A stretch of 62,584 nucleotides of DNA from a virus. Lineage: Duplodnaviria > Caudoviricetes. Numbering within the stretch: the stretch's first letter is position 1; each line of letters begins with the position of its first letter. The DNA is taken from the IMG/VR virus record IMGVR_UViG_3300018036_000008, positions 1 to 62,584 of that record. The stretch is one strand, 5' to 3'. This document shows positions 1-7,798 of this stretch, one piece after another. Position numbers and translations under genes: made by a program. The notes beneath the pieces were generated by a model. It saw nothing but the letters and a program-made list of their open reading frames with translations, did no database searches and was not told the DNA's origin.

Positions 1-1172
1 CCAGCACTGAAAGACTGTTCCGCACCAATGTGTAAACGAAAGTCTGTGCCATAGTCGAATACAATAGTAGTATTCCACCAATTGGCTTTCTTAGACATAC
101 TTGCCCTACGATTAGACTTACTGTAATCAGTATCACTAGCGATATACCAATCACCTATTTGTATAGTGTATCTCAAATCATTCACAAAAGGAGCCTCCTC
201 AAAACCATCCAAACCTATCTCTAAGCCATCACAGATACTATCATTGATAAGAGGCTCATTCAAGTCTATAAACTGTTGCCAATCCGCACCCTCACTAGGG
301 TGTAAATCTAAGAATACACTGAAAACGTTGTCCGTTGGTAATTGACTGGCAACTTGGTCATACACCCAAATATAAAAGCCATCTACTTGCTCATAGTTTA
401 ATTTACGGTTGGCAATGTCAGATAGAATGTCTTTGATAGAATACAAAACATGCACCTCCGCACCGTCAACTTTGTAATCTTTATCCAACAAAGACTCTAC
501 CAACAGAATTGCACTTTGTGTAGTGTCTTCACTATCCTCAATCAAGGTATACAACTTACTAGACTGAGCACCCAACTCGTTATCTATATCATCAAACAAC
601 TCTAACACTTGGTCAAAGTTCTGTATGTCTGATTGGTCTACATTACCCCAACCATTGAAACCCTTGGCTACTAGAAAGTCACCTATAGTGTATTCACTAG
701 TTAACACTAGATAGCCACTATCATTCCAACCATCTGCAAAGTATTCTTTGGAGTCAACTTGTATGTCACCGACAGCAATGTCCACACCTAAGATGTTGTC
801 ATAAACATCTTGTAGAGAGTCACCTTTGAACACCCCACCACCAAGGTATTCTACTTTAGATACAACATCTTCAATTATATACTCAATAATGTTGTCACCA
901 CTATCTTTCCAATCTGCACCCACGTCTAAGTGTGGCATTATCCAATCAGGTTTTGATAGGTTGTAATTTTGGAAATCTCGCCAAAACCAGCTTTGCTCGG
1001 TGGTACACAGATAGTTTTCTAATTCTTCCGAACTCATAACCACAGTACCATCTGAAAACTTAAAGTAATATGACATGCCATAACTATCGGCTTTTTCTCT
1101 TGTAAAGTCGCCCGATAAACCCAATTGTTCGATAAGTTTCTGTAAGTTTCTATTTGCTCTTTTGCTTTTCAT
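1..1172 (-). CDS. Acidic hypothetical protein, truncated at the left window edge
   Basis: ATG at 1172 (MKSKRANRNLQKLIEQLGL...); the frame is open wherever I translated it by hand, including the last codons (...HIGAEQSFSA). D/E-rich. Absent from the ORF track because it is partial. Confidence 0.8.
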   Translation of the reverse strand, partial: MKSKRANRNLQKLIEQLGLSGDFTREKADSYGMSYYFKFSDGTVVMSSEELENYLCTTEQSWFWRDFQNYNLSKPDWIMPHLDVGADWKDSGDNIIEYIIEDVVSKVEYLGGGVFKGDSLQDVYDNILGVDIAVGDIQVDSKEYFADGWNDSGYLVLTSEYTIGDFLVAKGFNGWGNVDQSDIQNFDQVLELFDDIDNELGAQSSKLYTLIEDSEDTTQSAILLVESLLDKDYKVDGAEVHVLYSIKDILSDIANRKLNYEQVDGFYIWVYDQVASQLPTDNVFSVFLDLHPSEGADWQQFIDLNEPLINDSICDGLEIGLDGFEEAPFVNDLRYTIQIGDWYIASDTDYSKSNRRASMSKKANWWNTTIVFDYGTDFRLHIGAEQSFSA

Positions 1173-1174
1173 AA

Positions 1175-1342
1175 TTAACACCCAAACAAGTCTAAAGTTT
1201 CTGTCCAATCAAAAATGACCAGACCTTGTAATAAATCCTGTATACTATTCACACCTTTTGGTCGTACAACACACCCAGTAACACTGAGTTCGTCATACAT
1301 TTTCCAATTTCTTTCTAACTTATCTAAAACTTGTTTACTCAT
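1175..1342 (-). CDS. Small hypothetical protein (55 aa)
   Basis: Hand-translated MSKQVLDKLERNWKMY...LDLFGC*; fills the gap between two co-oriented genes. Confidence 0.6.
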   Translation of the reverse strand: MSKQVLDKLERNWKMYDELSVTGCVVRPKGVNSIQDLLQGLVIFDWTETLDLFGC

Positions 1343-1350
1343 AACTACTC

Positions 1351-1701
1351 TTATTTCATGTAAGGTTTTCCTAAACCTTTCTCTATTAACAAATTATTAA
1401 TACAAGTCTCAACACCAGTCTGTGGGTCTACTACATACAAGTCACATAACCAACGACCATACTTACCTTTACCGTGACTTACCAACATTATCTCTTGATT
1501 GAGTACCGTAGTACGAACAAAGTCACGGGCTAACTTGGCTTGTTTCTTGGTTTCTTCTGTACCACCCCTAATTTCAGCAGTATCTACACCATATAAACGA
1601 ACCTTTATATCTCTAAGTGTAATGTGGAAACCTAAGTCGATGTCTACTGTACAAGTATCTCCATCATAAACACTTGTTACTTTTGCTTTATATCTATACA
1701 T
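1351..1701 (-). CDS. Thermonuclease (staphylococcal nuclease-like)
   Basis: Motifs VYDGDT, VRLYGVDTAE, GKYGRWL and INNLLIEKGLG; likely start MYRYK at 1701. Confidence 0.92.
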   Translation of the reverse strand: MYRYKAKVTSVYDGDTCTVDIDLGFHITLRDIKVRLYGVDTAEIRGGTEETKKQAKLARDFVRTTVLNQEIMLVSHGKGKYGRWLCDLYVVDPQTGVETCINNLLIEKGLGKPYMK

Positions 1702-1886
1702 ACGAAACACACTAAAAAATACATTGGAATAAGGTTTAAGGCCGTTAAGAGACAAGACACTACTACAATACTTTCAAACAAGTATAACAAGACACCAATA
1801 ATGAAACTTAAAGTAAGCATTACTAGGGTTAAACAAAAAGCATAAAGTAGTATTCTATGTGCCAAGTTGGTTTCCTTTTTTAACAT
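1677..1886 (-). CDS. Small membrane protein (about 2 TM segments)
   Basis: Two hydrophobic stretches; likely start MLKKET at 1886; overlaps the nuclease start. Confidence 0.5.
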   Translation of the reverse strand: MLKKETNLAHRILLYAFCLTLVMLTLSFIIGVLLYLFESIVVVSCLLTALNLIPMYFLVCFVCIDIKQK

Positions 1887-1926
1887 AATCCTATAAAACA
1901 ATTTTACGATTATGTAATATATAGTG

Positions 1927-1940
1927 TATAAGATGTTTAT
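1927..1940 (+). promoter_or_regulatory. Putative late promoter motif TATAAGATGTTTAT
   Basis: Matches WATA-N5-TTTAT; lies in a divergent gap ~25 nt before ATG 1965. Confidence 0.5.
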
Positions 1941-1964
1941 TGTATACACTATATAGGAGTTCAT

Positions 1965-2237
1965 ATGAGACCTAATCTTGGCTACTCTAACTGGAGTTGG
2001 ATTAAAGAACAGAAGTTAAAACAAAGTACACAACAACCTGTATCTGAAGAAGTTAGTGAAGAAGTTTCAGAAGAAGTTAGTGGGGATTACTATGAAGAAG
2101 TAGACTACTTATCTGAAGAACTTAGTGAAGATAATAATGTTCAACAAAACTCCCTAGAAGGTACTACAATCCCTATTAACACCACTTCAGTGTTAATACC
2201 TACGGAGACAACAAAACTACTTACATTAAACAAATAG
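1965..2237 (+). CDS. Acidic low-complexity hypothetical protein
   Basis: AGGAG RBS; VSEE tandem repeats. Confidence 0.7.
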   Translation: MRPNLGYSNWSWIKEQKLKQSTQQPVSEEVSEEVSEEVSGDYYEEVDYLSEELSEDNNVQQNSLEGTTIPINTTSVLIPTETTKLLTLNK

Positions 2238-2245
2238 GGGACATT

Positions 2246-2341
2246 ATGGACACTTGTAAGGCTTGTGGTTGTGACCCTTGTGATTGTGGATGGGGTAACT
2301 ACATAAAGCAGGCTATTAAACTACTAATTAAAAAAGGATAG
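2246..2341 (+). CDS. 31-aa Cys-rich microprotein
   Basis: AGGGGA RBS, then MDTCKACGCDPCDCGWGNYIKQAIKLLIKKG*. Confidence 0.55.
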   Translation: MDTCKACGCDPCDCGWGNYIKQAIKLLIKKG

Positions 2342-2363
2342 TCCTTGTAGACTATCCTTTTTT
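2330..2363. terminator. Bidirectional intrinsic terminator
   Basis: AAAAAAGGATAGTC-CTTGTA-GACTATCCTTTTTT between convergent genes. Confidence 0.85.
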
Positions 2364-2381
2364 ATTACTTAGTAATGTTTA

Positions 2382-3491
2382 TTACTTAAGTTGTCTGTAA
2401 ATGTTACTAGAAAAGGCCCCACCTTGTAAGACCCCAAAAGTAGAACCACCTAAGAAGTTAGCACCATCTGCGTCGTAGTCGTCAGATATTTCCCAACCCG
2501 CATCGAAATCAAAGTCTAAGAAGTCAATACCCCAAACCTTGACAGCATTTTGTAACAGTTTAATACCCTCACGGATGTATTCCTTTTCGTCTTGAGGTCT
2601 AGCACTTGTTTCTAGTTCTAGCTCTATCTGTAAGTCACCCTTTTCTGTGTAACCCACTAAGGACACCACTTTACCATCTGATGGTTTAAGTCCTCTTTCT
2701 ACTCGGGATTGTGTGGAATCTAAATACTCTTCGAGTTCGTCCATAATGATGTATTCCATTTCATCGTCTTTTAAACCTAAACCTAAACCTAACTGGATGG
2801 CCTGACTAAGTACTCTTTTGTTTCCTGTTTTCCAACCTTGAGAAACCAACTCTACAATTTTGTCTTCTTCGTCTTGGGTAATGTCCCATTTAGCTTTCTT
2901 ATCCCTACCGGGGAAGTACTCGTCTTGTTTACAATGTTCCGAACCAGGATTCTTGTACTGACAGTATCTAGACCAAGCCACAGCCCAGGCTTTACTTTCG
3001 TCCATACCTTGTTCTTTACCTTCTTCTACATAACGCTCTACATCTTTAGGTAAGTCTTTAGCATACTTACGAGCCAATACCATGGGTGCTTGTGTGTACC
3101 CATCTAAGTTTAGATTAATAGTTATATTACAGTAAAGACCATTGTTTCTTTTATTTAACTGTAAGTCACCTACCTCGAAAGTTATGTCCCAATCTAGTTC
3201 ACTTAACATATCTTCTAAAGCTTCTTGTAATTCCCGACCTTCGTGCCAAAACCAATTGTCTACACTATCCCAATCCCTAATCTCTAATAGTTCTTCTAAC
3301 TCTACAGGTGTTGGGAAATAGGCCTCAAAGTCTAATACTGCGGTATTACCTTTGTAACGAGTATTACTTTTAGCATTACCTGAGAACTCTACATCTTTAT
3401 ATTCACGAGTGTAATACTTTGCTGTGTCTATTAAGTCATTCCAGAAATCTTCTAAAAGATCCCCGAAGTAATTACTACTGTTTCTTAACAT
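2382..3491 (-). CDS. Acidic multidomain protein with a ChaB-like segment (putative virion/head protein)
   Basis: AGGAG before ATG 3491; LPKDVERYVEEGKEQGMDESKAWAVAWSRY resembles the ChaB AxxVAW helix; preceded by the late-type motif. Confidence 0.6.
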   Translation of the reverse strand: MLRNSSNYFGDLLEDFWNDLIDTAKYYTREYKDVEFSGNAKSNTRYKGNTAVLDFEAYFPTPVELEELLEIRDWDSVDNWFWHEGRELQEALEDMLSELDWDITFEVGDLQLNKRNNGLYCNITINLNLDGYTQAPMVLARKYAKDLPKDVERYVEEGKEQGMDESKAWAVAWSRYCQYKNPGSEHCKQDEYFPGRDKKAKWDITQDEEDKIVELVSQGWKTGNKRVLSQAIQLGLGLGLKDDEMEYIIMDELEEYLDSTQSRVERGLKPSDGKVVSLVGYTEKGDLQIELELETSARPQDEKEYIREGIKLLQNAVKVWGIDFLDFDFDAGWEISDDYDADGANFLGGSTFGVLQGGAFSSNIYRQLK

Positions 3492-3509
3492 TTTTGTATC
3501 TCCTAAAAT

Positions 3510-3537
3510 AAAAAGGTAGTCCACAAACTACCTTTTT
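3510..3537 (-). terminator. Intrinsic terminator after queD
   Basis: AAAAAGGTAGT-CCACAA-ACTACCTTTTT hairpin with T-run. Confidence 0.8.
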
Positions 3538-3545
3538 AACAATTG

Positions 3546-3559
3546 ATAAACAACATATT
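3546..3559 (-). promoter_or_regulatory. Putative late promoter AATATGTTGTTTAT
   Basis: The identical 14-mer occurs at 37580-37593 on the + strand. Confidence 0.6.
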
Positions 3560-3999
3560 TAGTCTTCTACATAAATAGCACTGTTGTTAGTACCATCCTC
3601 GAAACACTCTACTTGTACTACTCTAACACGACCTTTTGTGTCTACTACAATCTGGTTATTCATAAGATTGAATACATACTCTGCAAATCTTTCACAACCT
3701 ACATCGTCTACAACACGAAGGTCTATTATACCTTGTTCTTGCATTAACTCGAAAGTTTCTAAGTAAGGGTCGTCTAAAGCCACTACTGTTGTATGATCAA
3801 ACAAGTCTGATAACTGTTGTTTAATGCCGTTTCTCTTAAACTCTCCAAAGTCTTGTACCCAGTTACGCTCGTCTAAGTCTCCCTCGAACCAGACTTTAAA
3901 AGATAAACTATAACCATGTACAAGTCTACAATGTGAGGTGGCTTTCCATTGTCTAAACGCTGTACTGTATCCATTGAATGTTTTAGTGCTTCTGAACAT
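3559..3999 (-). CDS. queD: 6-carboxy-5,6,7,8-tetrahydropterin synthase
   Basis: SHCRLVHGY, DFG, FDHTTVV and GCERFA motifs; que cluster context. Confidence 0.93.
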   Translation of the reverse strand: MFRSTKTFNGYSTAFRQWKATSHCRLVHGYSLSFKVWFEGDLDERNWVQDFGEFKRNGIKQQLSDLFDHTTVVALDDPYLETFELMQEQGIIDLRVVDDVGCERFAEYVFNLMNNQIVVDTKGRVRVVQVECFEDGTNNSAIYVED

Positions 4000-4018
4000 T
4001 ATATACTCCTATATAAAT

Positions 4019-4051
4019 AAAAAAGGTGTGCACACGATTATACACACCTTT
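4019..4051 (-). terminator. Intrinsic terminator after queC
   Basis: AAAGGTGTG...CACACCTTT stem with a T-run on the minus strand. Confidence 0.7.
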
Positions 4052-4082
4052 ATATACTGTAAGTACTTAAGTATTAAGATAC

Positions 4083-4868
4083 TTAGTTAACTTGTTTTGC
4101 ATTGTAGTCTTGTTCGGCTTTTAATGCGTATTGTAAAGTGGCTTGCCAACCGTCTACATATTCAACAGGGTCAATACGTCCAATGGCGTGGAAAGCCAAT
4201 ACACGCTCTACATCACTACCTGTGTATCCGTTCGCTCTACCTTGTTCGTCTGGTTCGTATGATGTATTAGTATTAGCCAATACAGTATCAAAGTCTAAAC
4301 CAAGATTCTCACAACATTGTAAACAATCAACGAGGATAGTTTCTTTGTCACCATTAATGTAAGGTAGATACCGCTGTACTTTGTCACCATTCCAGTTACC
4401 TTCTTCAAAGGCTGTAAACAATGTTTGAAAGAAGCCTTCTCTACAATCTGGATAAATAGCATGATCACCACTATGTGTACCCATAGCCAAGTCTACAGGT
4501 TGTTCTGTTTGATTACTTATAGACAACGCGTATCCATAAGTAATACTAGCAAAGATAGCATTTCTATTGGGTACTACTGTCTTCTTCATATTGTCTTCAG
4601 CATAAAACCCTTTAGGTACTTCTTCATTGGCTGTAGTTAAAGCGGAAGCTATTCCTTCAAAAGCACTACGAACATCAATAATCTTGTGGTTTACATTAAA
4701 GCCTTTAGACTTTAAGTACTGTAGATTTTGTTGTAGTCTTTCAAGTTCTACTTTATGCTTTTGTCCGTAGTCAAATGATACAGTGTATACTGTATCACCA
4801 CGGTTTAACAAGTGAATAAGTAAGGATGTGGAATCCATTCCACCACTTACAGATAAAACGCTAATCAT
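4083..4868 (-). CDS. queC: 7-cyano-7-deazaguanine (preQ0) synthase
   Basis: SGGMDST PP-loop, FDYGQKH, VPNRNAIF, HSGDHAIYPDCR; AGGAGG before ATG 4868. Confidence 0.96.
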   Translation of the reverse strand: MISVLSVSGGMDSTSLLIHLLNRGDTVYTVSFDYGQKHKVELERLQQNLQYLKSKGFNVNHKIIDVRSAFEGIASALTTANEEVPKGFYAEDNMKKTVVPNRNAIFASITYGYALSISNQTEQPVDLAMGTHSGDHAIYPDCREGFFQTLFTAFEEGNWNGDKVQRYLPYINGDKETILVDCLQCCENLGLDFDTVLANTNTSYEPDEQGRANGYTGSDVERVLAFHAIGRIDPVEYVDGWQATLQYALKAEQDYNAKQVN

Positions 4869-4884
4869 AGGACCTCCTGTTAGC

Positions 4885-6312
4885 TTATTGTAAAAAGTAT
4901 TGTTCATACAAAGTTTCTTCTTCAGACTCTTCTACTGTATCAATAATACCGTTTTCCCAATCTGACAATCTTTGTTTTAAACTTAATAAATTATGTGAAC
5001 ATCTGGCTGTTCCTCTTTGTCCACCTCTAAACATGATAATATGCGCACCATGTTGTTTACAAGCCTTACATCCACATTGTGTCCATACTTTATCATTAAT
5101 AGTTTTACGCATACGGACAATCTTATCCTTTGTGTGTTCCTCTCCCCATAAGTACGCAAACTCTTGTAAGTCGTCTAAAATCTTTTGTGTGGGTACCGGT
5201 GTAGTAGTGTCTAAACTAAGAATGTTACTAATACAAAGTTGTTCTAACTTCTTAGCCTTAGCCATACTAACACTACCAGCCTTGATCAGTTTATTTAAAG
5301 CACCTCTATTGTCATCCCTAACAAGAGGTACTTTTAAAGCCATATAACCCGCCTTATTACCCCAAAACAAGTTGGCTGTACCACTAATAGACTTAACCAT
5401 AGGAGAAGCCGAGTCGAAAGACTCCACACCAAAACCAACCATCTGTTTATAGTTAAATCTATACATACTACCAATACCGAAAACATGAATTGGTACCTGT
5501 CCACCAGTACCTTTAGCGGCACTACTAATAGCCTCGAATACTTTAGGTGAACTACTTGCAATGGGTACTAATCCACCAACAGCCATATAGTTATATCCCA
5601 TTTCTTTAATAAGATAACCGGCTTCTTCATAAGTTTCAGCGTCCCAACCATGAGCCGTAGCCACTGGTGTAAAGGGTACATTATTGTCTTTACAATACTT
5701 TAAGAAGTCTTCTGCGTTTTGCATAGAAATGTCCCATCGTCTTTTATTTTCTTTTAAAGACTCTGTATACTTCTTTTGTAAGTCCGCTACTTCTACCTCT
5801 AAGTCGTTAATAAGTGTTGTAGCCTCTACATCCCAACCAGGGAAAATACTAGACAATAAACAATTATGTTTTAGGTTATCTAACTGTTCCTTTTTAAGAG
5901 TTAACTGTTTTTCTATTTCACTTGTTAAACCCTTAAGTGGAATGTGGTCTAGAGCCAAACAATGTGTGGCTTCTGTATTCAAGTATATCTCCACAACATC
6001 TTTAGATGTCATTGGTGGTACATATTCATTAACATAAGTAAAAGCACCACTATCTATAATAAGAGGATAGTCGCCTCTTGTGGCTTTATCTACACCCCAA
6101 TGGGCTTGTTTTCTAAGTAGACCTGGTGTACGCATTGCTTGTTTACAGCGGTCTTTCATAATAGCCAAACTTACAAGCATTCCATCCATTCCAGTACCTT
6201 CTGGAGTGTTGTTATACTGGTTAACAAGTAACTTAGGTGTAATTGGTGTTTCTGTGTCAAAGTCAAAGTTCTCACTGACTGTATCAAAGTTATTGGCGTA
6301 AAAGTATTTCAT
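4885..6312 (-). CDS. dpdA: DNA 7-deazaguanine transglycosylase (TGT-like), bacterial-type DpdA
   Basis: TGT-fold motifs DSGAF, LDHI, AHGW, VGGLVP, IHVFG, FDSASP; C-terminal CGCKAC...IIMFRG...HN zinc site; embedded among preQ0 genes. Confidence 0.88.
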   Translation of the reverse strand: MKYFYANNFDTVSENFDFDTETPITPKLLVNQYNNTPEGTGMDGMLVSLAIMKDRCKQAMRTPGLLRKQAHWGVDKATRGDYPLIIDSGAFTYVNEYVPPMTSKDVVEIYLNTEATHCLALDHIPLKGLTSEIEKQLTLKKEQLDNLKHNCLLSSIFPGWDVEATTLINDLEVEVADLQKKYTESLKENKRRWDISMQNAEDFLKYCKDNNVPFTPVATAHGWDAETYEEAGYLIKEMGYNYMAVGGLVPIASSSPKVFEAISSAAKGTGGQVPIHVFGIGSMYRFNYKQMVGFGVESFDSASPMVKSISGTANLFWGNKAGYMALKVPLVRDDNRGALNKLIKAGSVSMAKAKKLEQLCISNILSLDTTTPVPTQKILDDLQEFAYLWGEEHTKDKIVRMRKTINDKVWTQCGCKACKQHGAHIIMFRGGQRGTARCSHNLLSLKQRLSDWENGIIDTVEESEEETLYEQYFLQ

Positions 6313-6326
6313 TGTCTTCCCTTTTT

Positions 6327-6354
6327 ATAAATTGTACTTTATAGTACAATTTAT
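6327..6354. promoter_or_regulatory. Perfect 12-bp inverted repeat upstream of dpdA (operator-like)
   Basis: ATAAATTGTACT-TTAT-AGTACAATTTAT; contains a TACTAT -10-like box on the minus strand. Confidence 0.5.
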
Positions 6355-6379
6355 CAACGGTTTTTGATAGGTTTACATT

Positions 6380-6412
6380 AAAAAAGGTGTGAGAATATAA
6401 ACTCTCACACCT
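6380..6412 (-). terminator. Intrinsic terminator after folE
   Basis: AGGTGTGAGA/TCTCACACCT stem followed by a T-run on the minus strand. Confidence 0.8.
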
Positions 6413-6440
6413 AGTTTAGTTATAGATTCATTCCGGATGT

Positions 6441-7025
6441 TTACTTATTAACCATTCTATAGAATTCTTCTCTTAACTTAGCGTCTGTTTGGTACTCACC
6501 TAACATTGTAGTAGTAACCATATCACTTTCGTGTTTATGAATACCACGAGTACCAATACAAAAGTGTTGTGCTTCAACCATTACAGCAACACCACGGGCT
6601 TCCAAAACCTCATAGATTGTTTGAGCAATCTGTTGGTTCAAACGCTCTTGGATTTGAAACCTTTTTCCATACGCCTCTACAACACGAGCCAATTTACTAA
6701 TACCAACTACTCGTTTATTAGGTAAGTATGCAATATGTACTTTACCAATAATAGGACACATATGATGTTCACAGTGGCTCTCTAAACGAATGTTACGCAA
6801 CATAACCATCTCTTGGTATCCCTCTACTTCAGAGAAGGTAGTAGACAATACCGAGTGTGGATCAACCTTATAACCACTAAACCATTCATTCAAGGCTTTA
6901 GCCGCTCGTTTAGGTGTTTCTTCCAATCCTTCTCTTTCGATGTCCTCACCGACAAATTGAAGAATAATTTTATACGCTTGTTCTGCGTCTTTTAAGGTAG
7001 GTCTAAGAATTTGTGTGTTTGACAT
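6441..7025 (-). CDS. folE: GTP cyclohydrolase I
   Basis: EGLEETPKR, SHCEHH, GISKLAR, QIQERL, HFCIGTRG. Confidence 0.97.
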   Translation of the reverse strand: MSNTQILRPTLKDAEQAYKIILQFVGEDIEREGLEETPKRAAKALNEWFSGYKVDPHSVLSTTFSEVEGYQEMVMLRNIRLESHCEHHMCPIIGKVHIAYLPNKRVVGISKLARVVEAYGKRFQIQERLNQQIAQTIYEVLEARGVAVMVEAQHFCIGTRGIHKHESDMVTTTMLGEYQTDAKLREEFYRMVNK

Positions 7026-7678
7026 GATAGTCTCCATCCGTATTGTTCACATAGTTGAATTGCGTGGTCTACACTTGTAACTCCTTTAGAGCCGTCTTGG
7101 GTATCTAAAGGTTGAAAGAAATAGTGTTCGTACTCAAAGTCCTTAAGAAAGTCTTCTATAGGAAACGGAGTAGGAACTACTACTTTTAGATCTGTACCTT
7201 TTCGTAGTTTCAAGTGTTCAACACTACTAAGGTCTGCCTTTAAAGGCTTAGGAGACATTGTGATATGACCTCTTGGATGATTGTGAATAACTTCCAAAAT
7301 AGGACATTCTTCAAAACCATGTGTTCCATTGGTCTCTACACAGATCCACCAATCCATTTCAAACAGTTTTTGTACTAACTCGTAGCCAGCATCTCTTTTT
7401 AATTGAAGTGTAGGTTCCCCACCTGAGAACACTACCATTTTTAAAGGACCATTAGACACTTCCTTCTCCATAGCCTCTACCAACTCGTCTAAAGACATTT
7501 TAGTGCCTTTAACAAAGTCCGTATCACACCATAAAGCACAATGTCCAATTCCTTTGTCTCTTAAGTTTTCAAGTCCAGACCACAAGTTACATCCAGCAAA
7601 CCTTACAAAGATTGTTGGATAACCTACTCGTGAGCCTTCGCCCTGAACACTTTTAAAGATTTCTTTTACCGCAAACAT
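6992..7678 (-). CDS. queE: 7-carboxy-7-deazaguanine synthase (radical SAM)
   Basis: EIFKSVQGEG, RFAGCNLW-x-CALWCDTDF (long CX14CX2C-type cluster motif), SGGEP, ETNGT, QTHK. Confidence 0.96.
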   Translation of the reverse strand: MFAVKEIFKSVQGEGSRVGYPTIFVRFAGCNLWSGLENLRDKGIGHCALWCDTDFVKGTKMSLDELVEAMEKEVSNGPLKMVVFSGGEPTLQLKRDAGYELVQKLFEMDWWICVETNGTHGFEECPILEVIHNHPRGHITMSPKPLKADLSSVEHLKLRKGTDLKVVVPTPFPIEDFLKDFEYEHYFFQPLDTQDGSKGVTSVDHAIQLCEQYGWRLSCQTHKFLDLP

Positions 7679-7696
7679 TAAAAGTTCCTTTGTGAA

Positions 7697-7732
7697 TAGT
7701 TTTTTGTTACAAGGGAGGTGACTTCTCCCTCT
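7697..7732 (-). promoter_or_regulatory. Structured queE 5' leader, preQ1-I riboswitch-like (non-canonical)
   Basis: AGAGGGAGAAGUCACCUCCCUUGUAACAAAAAACUA: hairpin plus AAAAAACUA tail. The loop is shorter than canonical. Confidence 0.3.
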
Positions 7733-7798
7733 AAGAATATAGTACTGTATTAGTTAGGAAACTAATAGGGTACTTTCATAACATACACGACTTTTTCA

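Noticed and set aside
2040-2082. VSEE nucleotide repeats, and the 46200-46390 repeats, as CRISPR or regulatory repeats
   Set aside because: They are in-frame degenerate coding repeats with no spacers.
5720-5940. Intein or intron in dpdA
   Set aside because: No intein C/S start with HN end and no homing-endonuclease motif; the frame is continuous and the insert is coiled-coil-like.
4885-6312. Canonical tRNA-guanine transglycosylase (tgt)
   Set aside because: It lacks the TPxFMPVGT and DSGGFQ signatures; the motifs and context fit DpdA.
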